A DNA stretch of 64,000 nucleotides from NCBI RefSeq assembly GCF_963676685.1, contig NC_092356.1:67766001-67830000 (forward strand), written 5' to 3'. Below, in pieces: positions 48,641 to 62,619 of this stretch. Source of the DNA: Mytilus edulis (taxonomy: Eukaryota). How positions within the stretch are numbered: the first letter of the stretch is position 1; each line of letters begins with the position of its first letter. The notes below the pieces were generated by a model that worked only from the letters and a program-made list of their open reading frames with translations, had not been told where the DNA came from and did not search any database. A program made the position numbers and the translations under genes.

Positions 48641-49514
48641 ATAATAAAACTATAATACTACACTTTGTGTTTTTGTGAATCAAAGGCAATCGTTTTGTAT
48701 GATTATATATATCTCAAAGGATCAATCTCTAAAATGCCTTTTTTATAAATCGGTGTAAACATGAACCTTTGTTTCCGATTTGTTTACAACTTGTACCGGA
48801 GTTCAAAACACAATTGTTCAGATAAGAATTGACGGTATTTCCCCCATTGAATTGATTAAAATGTACTTCTGGTTTAGTTGAAGTTAATATTGGCACCAAA
48901 TCATAGTTTTTCCGTACTTAAAAAGAAAGCTTCTGTGAAGTTTTTATCATAAAAATGGGAATTAAATGCTACTTTCGGTTTATAAAATTCCACTTCTTGC
49001 CTCATTTCAAAGCTTTCGTTGGCGTCTAATCATAGGTTTTTTTCATACTGATTCAAAAATATATGGTACTGCATATTTTTTTTGGAATGAAGCAGATAAT
49101 TAGCTTCTCATGTTTTTGAAAATGCAACTTCCGGTTTCTCATTAGAGCTTTATTTTACACTGATTACAGAAATATATGGTTTCTATATTCTGGTTCACAT
49201 GTAACATCTGATCTCATATGAGGGCCTTTTATCTCTAAATCAAGAAATGTATGGTTTGTATTTACTTGTACTTTGTAATAAGAGAGATAATCAGCAATTT
49301 CAAGATCAACTTCATTTGGTCAAATTTGGTGCCTTATTGCGGACTTAGCGCTGATTCCGAAAACATATGGTTTCTATATGCGTTTCTTTCAATTAAAGGA
49401 GATAATTAGCTACTTGTTACTTGAAAAACAAAATCTAAGCGACATCTTGTGAAACCACAATGCATACAAACTGAAAAAAAAATTATTAAAATACCAATTG
49501 TTAAGAAAACAATT

Positions 49515-50452
49515 GATGGGCGTTTCATTCTGTATACACAATTGGGAACCAATTGTGCCCCTCTTCTTGCCAACTTGTTTCTTAATTATGATGAGGCTGA
49601 CTTCATACAGGAACTTCTAAGGAAGAAAGATAGGAGTAAACAATATCCTTTAACTCTACTTTCCGCTATATAGATGACGTTCTTTCACTAAATAATTCAA
49701 AATTTGGTGACTATGTTATACACATCTATCCCTTCGAACTAGAGGTAAAGGATACAACAGATACAATTAAGTCGACCTCATATCTTGACTTACATCTAGA
49801 AATTGACAATGAGGGTCGGTTGAAAACAAAACTTTAAGACAAAATAGATGATTTCAGCTTTCCAAATGTGAACTCTCCATTTCTAAGTAGCAACATTCCA
49901 GCATCATCTGCATATCGGGTATATATCATTCTCCAAATTGATACGATATTCCCGTGCTTGGATTTCCTGTCATCATTTTCTTGATAGAGGGTTGTTGCTC
50001 ACAAGGAAGTTATTAAACCAAGAGTTCCAAATGGTGAAGTTGAAATCATCCCCTCGTTAGTTTTACGGACGCCATCACGAGTTGGTTGACCGTTATGGAA
50101 TAACTGTTTCACAAATGATATCGGATATGTTCCTTACGTCGTAACTACAATTCCCTTCCCTTTCTTGAATGTGACCTACCGAATTAGACTATTTACCGGA
50201 TTTGTTATAACATAAGCAACACAACGGGTGTCATATGTGGAGCAGGATCTGCTTACACTTTCGGAGCACCTGATATCACTCCTAGTTTTTTGGTGGGGTT
50301 TGTGTTGCTTATTCTTTAGTTTTCTATGTTTTGTCATGTGTTCTATTGTTTGTCTGTTTGTCTTTTTCATTTTTAACCATGGCGTTGTCAGTTTATTTTC
50401 GATTTATGAGTTTGAATGGTCCTCTATATCTGGTATCTTTCGTCCCTCTTTT
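49515..50452 (+). mobile_element. Penelope-like retroelement, 5'-truncated, with stops and frameshifts
   Basis: GTNCAPLLANLFL, FRYIDDVLSLNN; same family as 61005-61861. Confidence 0.88.
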
Positions 50453-50919
50453 AATGATATGAACATATTAAAAGCCGGTCAAATGTCAGTTGTGGTATCT
50501 AAAGTTATATGGCTTGTTTTTTATGTTTGCTTAAAATAAAGGAGATATTTTACTTCTTTTGGTTTAAGAAATGTTCACATTCGGTATCATATGATAGGCC
50601 ATTCACACTTTGTCCAGTAATAAATGTTCTATATACCTTGTCATGAACTTAATAAATTGATGCAAAATACGGGTACTACAGTCAATGACCTAAATACCGT
50701 CCCCCGTCAATCAATAATTGGTAGGAGTTCCGTAACATCACCCACGAATCTCTCCATACTCCATGCTCTAAATTGATAAAACGAGAAAAGCTGACGAGTA
50801 ATCATTAGACTCTTTTTTAAATTCGGTAATGAACATAGTTAGTTTATACGTATTCATCATTTTACTCCAAACAACAACCATAATGGCCCTATTTCTCGTA
50901 TCAGACATAAGCTAATGAC

Positions 50920-52420
50920 TTTTTTGCCCCGGCTAATACAGCTGCTAACAATATAATTATTGTTGACGTAAATTTTACATTGAGGTTCTAAAAATGAAAA
51001 TCACAATTTCACCAATATTCCAACTGACTCCAATGTCAGAAAATGACATTTGTAACAAACATATTTAGCTACCACTTTACAAGCCGAATCAATTAAAATG
51101 AAAGTTCCAACTATGTACTGGCTTCCGAAGCTGCACAAAAATCCTTACAAATATAGACTTATTTCATCTTCAAGCCATTGTTCCACTACAAAAATCTCTA
51201 TTCTTCTTACTGGTAAACGTGGTACCATAAAAAACTGGAAATAAATTGTTCGATTAAGGCATTTTAAAATAGTAGATTTATTAACTATTGGATAGTCACA
51301 AATTCGTTGGAAGTACTAGATAAATTGCATGATTATATTGGTGATTTCGAATCTGTTCAAAGTTTTGATTTTTCTACCCTATATTCCACTTTACCTCATA
51401 ATGTTCTTAAGAAAAAATTCCCTCACCTCATTAAATGGTCATTTAAAAAGTCAGAGTACAAACTATTTTTAGTAACAACAAATAAAAGAACTATATAAAT
51501 TAAACTTGCTTTAATATTATAACTGCCTTTGAATTTTTACTCGATTACATTATTGTTCGCTATGGAGATTCCGTCAGGTAATAGGAATTCCCATTGGGAC
51601 TTACTGTGCGCCTCTTATTGTGGATATATGTCTGTATTGTTTTGAGTTTCAATTTAATACTAAAATCAGCAAATACCGATCGAAACCACATCTGATTGAA
51701 AAGAATTGTAACAATTTTAGATATTTAGATGATTTATTGGCTCTAAATAATGTAAATAATGACGACTTCAGTATGTACACTAAAGATATTTATCCTGTTG
51801 AATTGACTTTAAATAAAGCTAATGCTAACAATGAACATGTGTATCATGTAAGGATGTAAAAATCTGTTTTTATATGAATCTTTGTTTCATTATGGCTGTT
51901 GTCATGTCAGTTAAAAAGGAAATTTTATTTTAACAATTTAAATTAAGAAAAGTAGAGGTTATTTGATTAAAACTGGTCGAGTTTTGTTCAGACCTTTGGT
52001 TGAGTATAGTTGAGACTGTTTCAGATTGGTCGAGTAATATATCAGACTATCTTAAATTGCAAAGATAAGGGTCAAGTACAAATAAGTACAGTTAAGAATG
52101 CTTACGACTGGTGCCGAGTAATGTCGAGTTAAAAACAGACCAATTCAGACTTGTCAAGTAAAATCCAGTACAGTCGAGTACAGATATATGCCATTTAAGT
52201 TTTTTACTGATTTGTAGTGATTATGAAGCAAAGTGGTATATAGCTATATAGGATAGAAAAAATAAAACTTTGGATAGATTCCAAATCCCTAGTATAAGCC
52301 TCTAATTTATCAAGTGTTTTTTTCACCTCAAAAGCTCACAAAACGTTTAAACAGACTTATTAAGAAGGGATATAGTTACGATACTGTTGTCAGGTCATAA
52401 AATAGTGCATATTTTGGCTT
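50920..52420 (+). mobile_element. Decayed divergent Penelope-like RT, interrupted at ~51845-52265
   Basis: PTMYWLPKLHKNPYKYRLISSS, SFDFSTLYSTLPH, GIPIGTYCAPL, FRYLDDLLALNN. Confidence 0.82.
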
Positions 52421-52789
52421 TCACTTATACGGTATTTGCATCGGAATTCAACTCATTTAATCTGAAACGAGATATAAGCATGATACAGGTAATGTTCTTC
52501 TCATATATTTTATGGTGGTATAATACTAAACCCCTAACACGAGGGATTGTGCGAGATATTCATATGATGAAGACATAATCTTTTAGTCTGGAAATGGCAT
52601 GTTAGTTACTGCTATTAGTCCTTTGTTTATTTATGTATCATTGTCATTTTGATTAGTTTCTTTTGTTACCTATTTTGACATCGACCTCGAACTTCTTTTA
52701 AACAGAATTTAAATGTGCGTATTGTTGAGTGCTTGTTTTTTTCTAAATTGCTAGTGGTATAGGGGTGGGTGTTTAGATCTCAAAAACAT

Positions 52790-53481
52790 ATTTAACACCG
52801 TTGCACTTTTGCGATTGTCCAAAGTCAGGAGCATTTGTTAGTCTTGTACAATGTTGTATGATTTTTAATTTTAGTTTATTTTATATATTTCGGAGTTAAG
52901 TATGACAACCATTATCACTGAGCTAGTATACATTTCTGTTTCGGAACCAGCTGAAGCACGCCTCTGGTGCGGGATTTTCTCGCTGCATTGAAGACCTATT
53001 GGTGGCCTTTGGCCGTTGTCTGCTCTTTTGTCGGGTTGTTGTCTCTTTGGTGCATTCTCCCTTTCCATTCTCAATTTTACTGCATTTTTTTTCTTTAAAA
53101 ATGTCCTGTACCAGGTCAGGAATATGGCAATTGTTTTATTATAGTCCGTTTCTGTGTGTGCTACATTTTAACGTTGTGTTTCCGTTGTGTCGTTTGTTTT
53201 CTCTTATATTTGAGTGTGAATTCACATTACTATAAGACGTGTCACGGTACTTTTCTATCCCAAATTCATGTATTTGGTTTTGATGTCATATTTGTTATTC
53301 TCATCGGATTTTGTCTCATGCTTAGTCCGTTTCCGTGTGTGTTACATTTTAATGTTGTGTCGTTGTTCTCCTCTTATATTTAATGCGGTTCCCTCAGTTT
53401 TAGTTTGTTACCCCGATTTTGTTTTTTGGCCATGGATTTACGAGTTTTGAACAGCGGTATACTACTGTTGCCTTTATTTAT
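52790..53481 (+). mobile_element. Adjacent SINE-like repeat (to ~53080) and interspersed repeat (53095-53481)
   Basis: Match to 5450-5575 and, in inverse, to 19838-20185. Confidence 0.65.
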
Positions 53482-53877
53482 ATGATTTAGAATTTAGAAG
53501 AACCTCTCAATTATTTTATTTTTTCTAGCTTCATATTAAAAAAAGAGAGTTGTAACAAATATAACGCTTTACCAGATAATTTTAAAATGCAATCATATGA
53601 ATCATTAGGAATTGTTTTGTTTAACAAATTTAGGTGGTGGTGTCCTATACTATGTTAACATATAAATTGAATTAAAACTGTCAATAGAAATAACTGACCA
53701 ATCATAGGGATGTAGTACTAGTGTGCTCATATTGACTTTTTTTACAAACCGTTTAACGAGTAACTGAATATATCAGAGCAAAAGTCAGAGAATTTATTCA
53801 ATCATGCATACAGCGTTCAGGTATAAATAAAAATTTGCAAGATTATTTTTAGTTGTTTCGCTATTTATGAAGATACA

Positions 53878-54855
53878 TAGAGAATAATAAATGGCAAAAT
53901 CCGTATCATATGCCGTATCATCCCGAGATATCAATATCAGCCCGAGGGCCTTTAGGCCCAAGGGATGATATTGGTCGAGGGTGATACGGCATGTGATACG
54001 GATTTTTCCATGTATTATTCTGTTTATCATATATTTTAATGGAATCAGATTCATGGGATATCCATTTTTTTTTAAATTGTCCGAAATTATAAGCAAGAAA
54101 AGAACATTGTGATTGTGCTGTATTTTCCCAGCTGAATTTTTTTATAGACTTCCTTATTTGCTTAATATCCACATCGTAATATCCCCTATAACCAAATTTT
54201 ATTCTCAGTATACGTTTAAGACAATGTATTAAAATGCATCCACCAACGATACTATCCTAATATTTCAACAAAAATTAATATTCAAAAAATAAATATCGTA
54301 AGATGTAGAATGTTTAAAGTTTTATTGTTTATTTGGCGATGATATTATTCATGATCTGGTTCATTTTAACTTCTGGCGAAGTAAACACCAAGAAAAATAT
54401 TTATTGGAAAGTTTGCTATCTTTTCTAATCAAATTAAAATCGTAAAAATTTTCATTTGTGTTTAACCCATCAGGTAATGAAAAGAGACTTCATAAAAAAT
54501 AAGACTAACAATAAAACTTCAGATATTTCCATCTTATTGTGTCTTTTTTTATATAGATGAAAATCGCTCGTGAAGTCACTGGGTACTATTTTTTTGGAAA
54601 ATATTGATTTTTAATTGAAATGCTAGGACATTTTTGTTAGTTTGAACTCATTTTGTTTCCTTTCATGCCAGGAAATACAGCAACTGGACGTCATAGGTCA
54701 AAAGTTGACGTTCTTCACATTATGACGTCACGCAGCCATGCGATACGGGCTATGCGATACGGGGTATGCGATACAGGGTATGTGATACAGACTAGAAAAA
54801 AGACCCTTTATTAGATATACAAAATTGCTGTATTTTGTACTAAGTATATGATAAA
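53878..54855. mobile_element. Non-autonomous element with a ~150-bp palindromic head and 14-bp subterminal repeats (possibly Crypton-type)
   Basis: Hairpin 53878-54025; tttatcatata vs tatatgataaa at the end; (atgcgatacgggnt)x4 at 54738-54790. Confidence 0.55.
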
Positions 54856-57199
54856 AAGCTATAAAAAAAAACATTATTGCAGTTTTTTGTATATCGTTGT
54901 TATATATTTAATTCAAACAACACTGCTAATAGTACATCGACCAGACATAATATTTTTTATACTTAATCGTCAAACATACCATATGGCTATATTATATATC
55001 ATTGGATTCGGGAAAAAGAGTACTTTTCAAATATCGATGTCGTCAAAAAGAAATGTGGTAACAGTTTTGCATAAAATAAGGTCAAAGATCAAATTCTGTT
55101 ATTAATTTTTTCTTGCATATTTCCAAATTTGAAAATATATACAACAATTTAGGTTAAATTTCAGATACAGACATTTTTTCAAATCATTAAGCAATGAATA
55201 ATCACGAAAGTGTAAAACAAAAATGGAATTAGGAAGTCGATTTATTCTGAAAATTGGTGTTTTTTCAAACACTTGTTCTATTATACAAGATCAACACATA
55301 TTCTGTTAAAGTTATAGTAGTTACCTTGCCGGCTGACATTCAACCTCAGCAATGAATGATAAATATTATCTTTACCTGAAGCCTACTTTTGTGAAGGCGT
55401 ATTTTGCAAAAGCTCATTCATGTAATTCATTCAAAGTAAAACCACTCAATACTTCAAAAACATTTACAAGCAAATAAATATCCATTCACGGAGATGTATC
55501 TATAAGAGGCTGTATATGAGCTTCGCATAGCTACGTTATATGAGAGTTAGGACTTGTGAGTGGCTTGAATTGCGGAAAAAATGCTTCTGAGATAAATGAA
55601 TTTGATATCATTGATTTGTTTACATTTTGCGTAAAAACAAACGAGGAAATTTAATTGAAACGTACTCTATAAGATGCAAAATATTCGTAGTGTTAATCTT
55701 TTACAAAAACTCTTTAATAACGGACTGGTTTTGCTAAACTTTATTTGAAATCATTTAAATAAGGTGAAACAACAATGTATATAATAACAGAAATCATATC
55801 ACGGATGTTCTTTTACAATGTAGTCCTAAAAACATTTCAAGTAAACTAACGTAATTTGAAGCCCATTTTACAAAAATTGCACCATACGATTTTTTGAGGA
55901 AAGTGAAAATGTCAAGTTTAACATTTGAACTACAAATACTGTGATTTAAAGCCGTATAGTCCGAATGACAATTTTCTATACTCGGTCACCGTACTTTAAG
56001 TGCATTTTCAGCTTTCATATACAAAACACTTCCAACAGTATAAAATCAATCATTGTTTTTATATAATTGTTTAAGTAAACTAATTTTGTTATTAAATTGA
56101 ATTAGAGTTTTGAATTAATGTTTGTTGTTTGTAGCCTCATGAAACATTCTTGAATATATTTAATATTGCTATCAATATTTCTATCCCTTTTTAAGATTCA
56201 AAACACCAAGATTTTGGACAATGTATATCCCTAGTAACAAAAAGGCATATGAATCATACAAATGAAAAATCACCAGACTTAAAACTTAGGTACGTGTTTT
56301 TGTTACGTGCGACAATTATGTATGCGACACCCAAATCTCAACCACTCAGAAGTCCAAATATTTTGAAATTTTCAAAGGTACATAAACTAGGAGTGTTGGT
56401 TTCAGTATGAACGTTATCAAAATAAATGTAATTCGAAAATGGCCAAGTTTTCTATTTTCAAATCTGTCTTCTTGTAGATCTTTCACTTAAGTGATAGAAT
56501 ATCTGAAATAAAAATACATTTACAAAGTAATTAGACCTTATTTTTACCTGTAGCATCAAATACAGAACATATACAATATCACATATAATTCCATCTGTTA
56601 TCAATATTGATTACAGGTTGAACCATGATATAAAACATCAATCGACCTAACATGAATAGCGTGTGAATCTTTAAAAGTCATCATATCTATATCTTATTTT
56701 GTTGGCAGTGTTTCGATTGTTGGAAAACATTATGGTATACAGCAACTTGATTGTTCCTCATTGTCTTTTAGGAAATATTGTGACGAAAATTATAACAAAC
56801 AACTGAAGAAACATAATACACACACTTAAAAAGTATGATATTTAAAAAAAAATTACTCAATTTCCGGTTATATGCATTCAAATTTAACATCGACAATCTA
56901 AGCAGACATAATGTAAAAAAGATTTTTTTAATAATTGGAAAAAATATATTAGTTGCCTAGCTATTTTTATATTTGTCAGGTTCGCATAACTTACCATACT
57001 AAAATGGAATAAACTTGAGACATATCTTAACTACAGAATGAAAAGGGATGAAAATGATGAACAGTTTGCCAATTCTCAGAATTCCGAAAATTTGTATCTT
57101 TCATACAAATTTTGCTACAGTAATTTCTCATGTCCTTTTTCAAAGGGAAAGGTTGCTTAGCAAAGACAGTTAACATTACATTCAGTCTGCAGTTATTAA

Positions 57200-57390
57200 A
57201 GTTTTTAATCATTTATTAGATTTATAATCTATCCTGGCTTTTTACCAAACTTGGACAGAAGTCTCTTACAATCAAAAGATAGTATCAAGAGGAATATTTT
57301 ATTGATTTATTTCTTCATTTTTGTTGAGCCTGCGATTAACAGAAAAAGTAGGCAAGACACTGGGTTCCGCGGAACCCTTACAAATTTTTG
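57200..57390 (+). mobile_element. 3' end of a HINE/Helentron-like element
   Basis: Terminal palindrome gggttccgcggaaccc followed by ttacaaattttt. Confidence 0.45.
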
Positions 57391-60300
57391 AGTTTTCCTT
57401 CAAGCTCGTTTATATTTGTAATTTTATATCTAACTGCAAATATTTTCAAGTTGCCTTCAGATAGATAACATATCCTGTTCATTGTTTCTGGAAATAAGCA
57501 TAAAAGAAACATGACGGTTACCAAAAAGACGTTCAAACTGACAACGTCATATTTAAAAAAAAAAGCAAATCCATCGAAATGCTTATTGAATATGAAATGT
57601 AAAGCATAAGAAGAAATCGAACAAAATATTAATTTATGCCTAGGAAAAATCAGTTTTAAAATATAATAATAGTTAAATTATAATTTTGAATAGTTCAACA
57701 TTTTATCATCAGAAAATTTACGGACAATGAACATATAAATATCAATACAAAGTGCAAAATATAGGCTGTGATATAATCGAAGACAGAACGCCTTCCACCA
57801 GTGATATAAACCTATTTGGTGACAGACGACGTATAATTTTCACGACAAATACTGCGGTTCGACAAAGTTTCTTCATCAGACATCAGTACATTACAGAAAA
57901 AGGAGCATGACAATGATGTTTCGGGACTACAAAAAATGCTGCTGTGTGAACGGAAAAAAAAACATTGAATGTCAAAACTAAATAAATTAACTAGACTTAT
58001 AATGTACGACCGTGTTAATATTTGCTGTTTTCTTATTACCAACGCTCAAATGAATATGAAATTTTAATGAATAACACATGACTAAGAAACATGAGAAAAG
58101 TATGGCTTCATGTTTATACATTTTTATTACAAATGTATAATAAATATTCGTCTAATGTCTCTTCACTAGACTCAGAAATGTACTACCAATTCAGGCATAG
58201 CAAGCATATAAACTATACAAATCTATTAAATATTGTAATACTGTTAGTTTATGTAGATAAATACCCACATGAACACATATCATCTTAAAAGGGTTGTATG
58301 GGCGGTTAATCATTATTACGAACTTCTACTACACAAACTGTCGAAAGTCTGAAAATGCTCCAACAATCCCTTAAGTAATACTCATAAACCTAATTAGAGT
58401 TAATCCTTTTCGGAACGATGTATTTGTCTCTTGAATAAACACTATGGACGGTTTAAGATTTTCATGCAATGTGCTCCAATGCATAACATGATGACATGTG
58501 TAAGGTTATTATTTACCTTAATTAAAATACAAACTTTTAATGCACACTAAAACATTTAACTCATTTTGAGAGACAAGGGTGGTGACCACATGGGTTGTTC
58601 ATAATAAGGCGTATATATTGTGACAAAATATTTTGCAAACCGACTTTTATTCACATTGAGATCCCAAAATTGTATTCTACAGTTATTCTTAATGTAAAAC
58701 TAAAATATCCTTTGAATTTGAACTGTAAATAGCATACGAAAACATGCACTAAAGACCACCCAACTTGAATGTTTCAATCTTTAAAATAAAGTGAAACAGA
58801 TACAGAACCACTACTATGTTACTTGATTTTGGTCAGGTTGTTGTCTCTTTGGCATATACTCCGTTCCCATGCTCAATTGTGTAGTGATTAAAAGTTTACT
58901 TCTGCTACATGGACTATAAACATGTCCTTTTTGTAACCTATTTACGTGTTCCGGATTAGGTTCATAAAGAATGGTCGTTCTTTTTCTTCGTTTAAACAGG
59001 ATATGAACATGTTTACAAAAGTGGTCATTAAATTTATCACAAATAAATAAGCGAAGCATGAAGAAAGGTGCACTTTTATTTATAAATGTTAAATGTTATT
59101 TTTAACAGGATATGGGAAAACTCACACATGTATATAGGTTATATATTGTAACATTAACGAAGTATAAAAATATCAGGTAAAATGTAACACTTATCTTAAT
59201 ATGTTTATTGCCAAAAAGAGGGAATAAGTAGGGATTAAGTGTCTACATATGATTCTACAGGATAACACATAAATAGAGAATAGACCAATTAAAGAACAGG
59301 ACAGGTAGGACGATAGCTTTACTTACGATTTTCTGAACATCTAACATTGATAACAACTATAGAATAACGCATATAACAACCAGTGCCCAATTAAGTACAT
59401 TAAGCATGTTAAGTGCAACAAGTTAATTTTGTAGATCGTTATTTGTGTGCTCTTCACAAATCTCAACATGGAAATTTTTAAGTAGTTATTGTGTCCAAGA
59501 TTTTAACCTAAATAAGTACCACATTAATTATTTTAAATCCTAGAGATACTTTATAGTCATGGCGTTGTCAGTTTATTTTCAATCTATGAGTTTGACTGTC
59601 CTTTTAGTATCTTTCGTCCCTCTTTTATGAGAAACCATTTTGATGTTTATGTAGATTGTACGCGATTTTATTATTTATTTCAAGGTTTTGATATACAAAG
59701 ACTACACCTCCCCTTTTAACCATAAAATAGACATGATCTTGCTCCGAAAGGATAGATATGTCTGTGGCTGAAACATGTATGAAACTCATTTAAATGTTCA
59801 GAGTAACTTTGTAATGTAAACCCAACGATGAATGTTTGTTTCTGATGTATTCATATATAGGATGAAGACTAGATTTAGTGTTAGAAAATATAACCTTTTG
59901 CTTCTGTATGAACAAAGTTTATGTAAATAGTGTGATTTTACTCAGTTGAGACAGAAAATATTGCCACGTGATGTGCTCAATTACAAGCAAACTTTCATTT
60001 GAGGAATTATACCATAATTATAACTACAAGTTTAAATTCAGTTCAATTCTTGTTTATCTTTAAGTAACACCCCCTCTTATTTGATCAGTTAAACTTTATA
60101 TATTTGTCAATTTTTAATAAAAACGTCTTTTAGTCACTAACATTATACTTTTTATTACATAAATTAATGTTACTTAAAAAAAATTATATAATGTTGCTTT
60201 TTTTTTCATTTTTCTTTTTACTGTTTATATATAAGTTTTTAAAATCACATCTGTTTATAACGTTTTTCATAAGATTACTTGAATTGTTGGGCCTTTATGA

Positions 60301-60439
60301 TAAAAGAAAAGTTATAATATTGGTCAATCAATGCGTGACACCAAAGTTTGTACTTTTGTAAATGTAGACAATGTTATTGCCATAGGAACAACCTTTGAGG
60401 CTAAAGTATTTCCATGGTGACCTTAATTGAAAAATTTGA

Positions 60440-60601
60440 NNNNNNNNNNNNNNNNNNNNNNNNNNNNNNNNNNNNNNNNNNNNNNNNNNNNNNNNNNNNN
60501 NNNNNNNNNNNNNNNNNNNNNNNNNNNNNNNNNNNNNNNNNNNNNNNNNNNNNNNNNNNNNNNNNNNNNNNNNNNNNNNNNNNNNNNNNNNNNNNNNNNN
60601 N
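60440..60601. other. Assembly gap (N run)
   Basis: Run of n. Confidence 0.99.
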
Positions 60602-62105
60602 NTTTAACTCATGAAGCTTGGCCTTTGTAGTGTCTGTACTTTCTTTATCATTAACACATCCTATAAAGATAGTTCCTGATGTAGACAAAGCAAGCGAGTA
60701 TGGACCTAAGATCCCTATGTCACGGAGATTATAGAAGGTAAATTGGTCCTTCCCTGTGTTAACGTCAGGGTCTGGTGACAACACGACCACTCTATCTCCA
60801 CCTTCATCATTTAACCAATCTATCACACAGGTATTACCATTACTGTTACAGATTAAATGTGCAGGGTAGGGAAATAATTGTTTGGTATGTGTGTCATATT
60901 GATATTCCTTTAGTTGTTTTCCTTCCTGATCCATGACCACCACTACACATCATCCTGTGGCAGAGAATGGTTCTCCTGAGGTCCTTGCTCCTATGACGAC
61001 TATGTTATTATGAGGCTGACTTCATGCAGGAACTTCTTAGGAAGAAAGATAAGAAGTTAGCAATATCCTTTAATTCTACTTTCCGCTATATAGATGACGT
61101 TCTTTCACTAAACAATTCAAAATTTGGTGACTATGTGGAACGCATCTATCCCATCGAATTGGAGATAAAGGATACTACAGATACAGTTAAGTCGGCTTCA
61201 TATCTTGACTTACATCTAGAAATTGACAATGAGGGTCGGTTGAAAACAAAACTTTACGACAAAAGAGATGATTTCAGCTTTCCAATTGTGAACTTTCCAT
61301 TTCTAAGTAGCAACATTCCAGCAGCACCTGCATACGGGGTATATATCTCCCATTTGATACGATATTCCCGTGCTTGCATTTCCTATCATGATTTTCTTGA
61401 TAGAGGGTTACTGCTCACAAGGAAGCTATTAAACCAAGAGTTCCAAATGGTGAAGTTAAAATCATCCCTTCGTAAATTTTACGGACGCCATCACGAGTTG
61501 GTTGACCGTTATGGAATAACCGTTTCACAAATGATATCGGATATGTTCCTTACGTCGTAACTACAATCCCCTTCCCTTTCATGAATGTGACCTACCGAAT
61601 TAGACTATTTACCGGATTTGTAATCACTTAAGCAACACGACGGGTGCCACATGTGGAGCAGGATCTGCTTACCCTTCCGGAGCACCTGAGATCACCCCTA
61701 GTTTTTGGTGGGGTTCGTGTTGTTTATTCTTTAGTTTTCTATGTTGTGTCATGTGTACTATTGTTTTTCTGTTTATCTTTTTCATTTTTAGCCATGGCGT
61801 TGTCAGTTTGTTTTAGATTTATGAGTTTGACTGTCCCTTTGGTATCTTTCGTCCCTCTTTTATCACTGGTCACATGGATACTGGGTGGTAACAATGGTTT
61901 TACATCATACTTAGAATCTGTCATCTCCCCTGTCACGGTTTTGATTAGTTTTAGTTTGGTCCCATAATCTGGTAGGACAAGAATATTATTTGAATAACAT
62001 ATTTCTATTCCATAAAAATCAGTGTTTAAATTTGTTATAACTTCAATTCTATCTCCCCTTAGTTAGACATTTTGGTAACTTTGATCTGGTACCATTCCCC
62101 ATATC
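60602..62105 (-). pseudogene. TRIM/NHL-like beta-propeller pseudogene split by a Penelope-like insertion
   Basis: Removing the insertion gives ...MTDSKYDVKPLLPPSIHVTSDNNIVVIGARTSGEPFSATG*CVVVVMDQEGKQLKEYQYD...LFPYPAHLICNSNGNTCVIDW; in-frame stops on both sides of the insertion. Confidence 0.7.
61005..61861 (+). mobile_element. Young 5'-truncated Penelope-like retroelement (RT C-terminus plus 3' tail)
   Basis: Uninterrupted ORF 61024-61560 with FRYIDD, YLDLHL, KLYDKRDDFSFPIVNFPFLSSNIP. Confidence 0.9.
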
Positions 62106-62252
62106 AATACCTGTTTAAATTTTGATATGTGTAAAGCTCTAACATGACCTTATTATAGGTATTTAAATTTTATTGATTAAGGGTAGATACACTGTCAGAT
62201 CTTGTTAAGATTGATAATGACCATTTTATTCAGAGAATGATATGTTAATATC

Positions 62253-62619
62253 AATAGTTATCAAAGGTACCAGGATTATAATTTAGTACGCCAGACGCAT
62301 TTTTCGTCTACATAAGACTCATCAGTGACGCTCATATCAAAATATTTATAAAGCCAAAAAGTACAAAGTTGAAGAGCATTGAGGGTCCAAAATTCCAAAA
62401 AGTTGTGCCAAATACGGCTAAGGTAATCTATTCCTTGGATAAGAAAATCCTTAGTTTTTCAATTAATTCAAAGTTTTGTAAACAGGAAATTTATAAAAAT
62501 AACCACATAATTGATATTCATGTCAACACCGAAGTGCTGACTACTGGGCTGGTGATACCCTCGGGGACGAAACGTCCACTAGCAATGGCATCGACCCAGT
62601 GGTGTAAATAGTTATCAAA
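62253..62619 (-). mobile_element. Retrozyme monomer with short terminal redundancy; hammerhead at 62288-62331 with a mutated stem III
   Basis: Colinear with the 355-bp unit; aatagttatcaaa at both ends; core CUGAUGA-GUCU..AGAC-GAAA-A-augc-GUC. Confidence 0.87.

Noticed and set aside
51955-52190. Loose (agactggtcgagt)-like repeats interrupting the PLE relic
   Set aside because: Too degenerate to define a unit or structure by eye; probably a decayed minisatellite insertion
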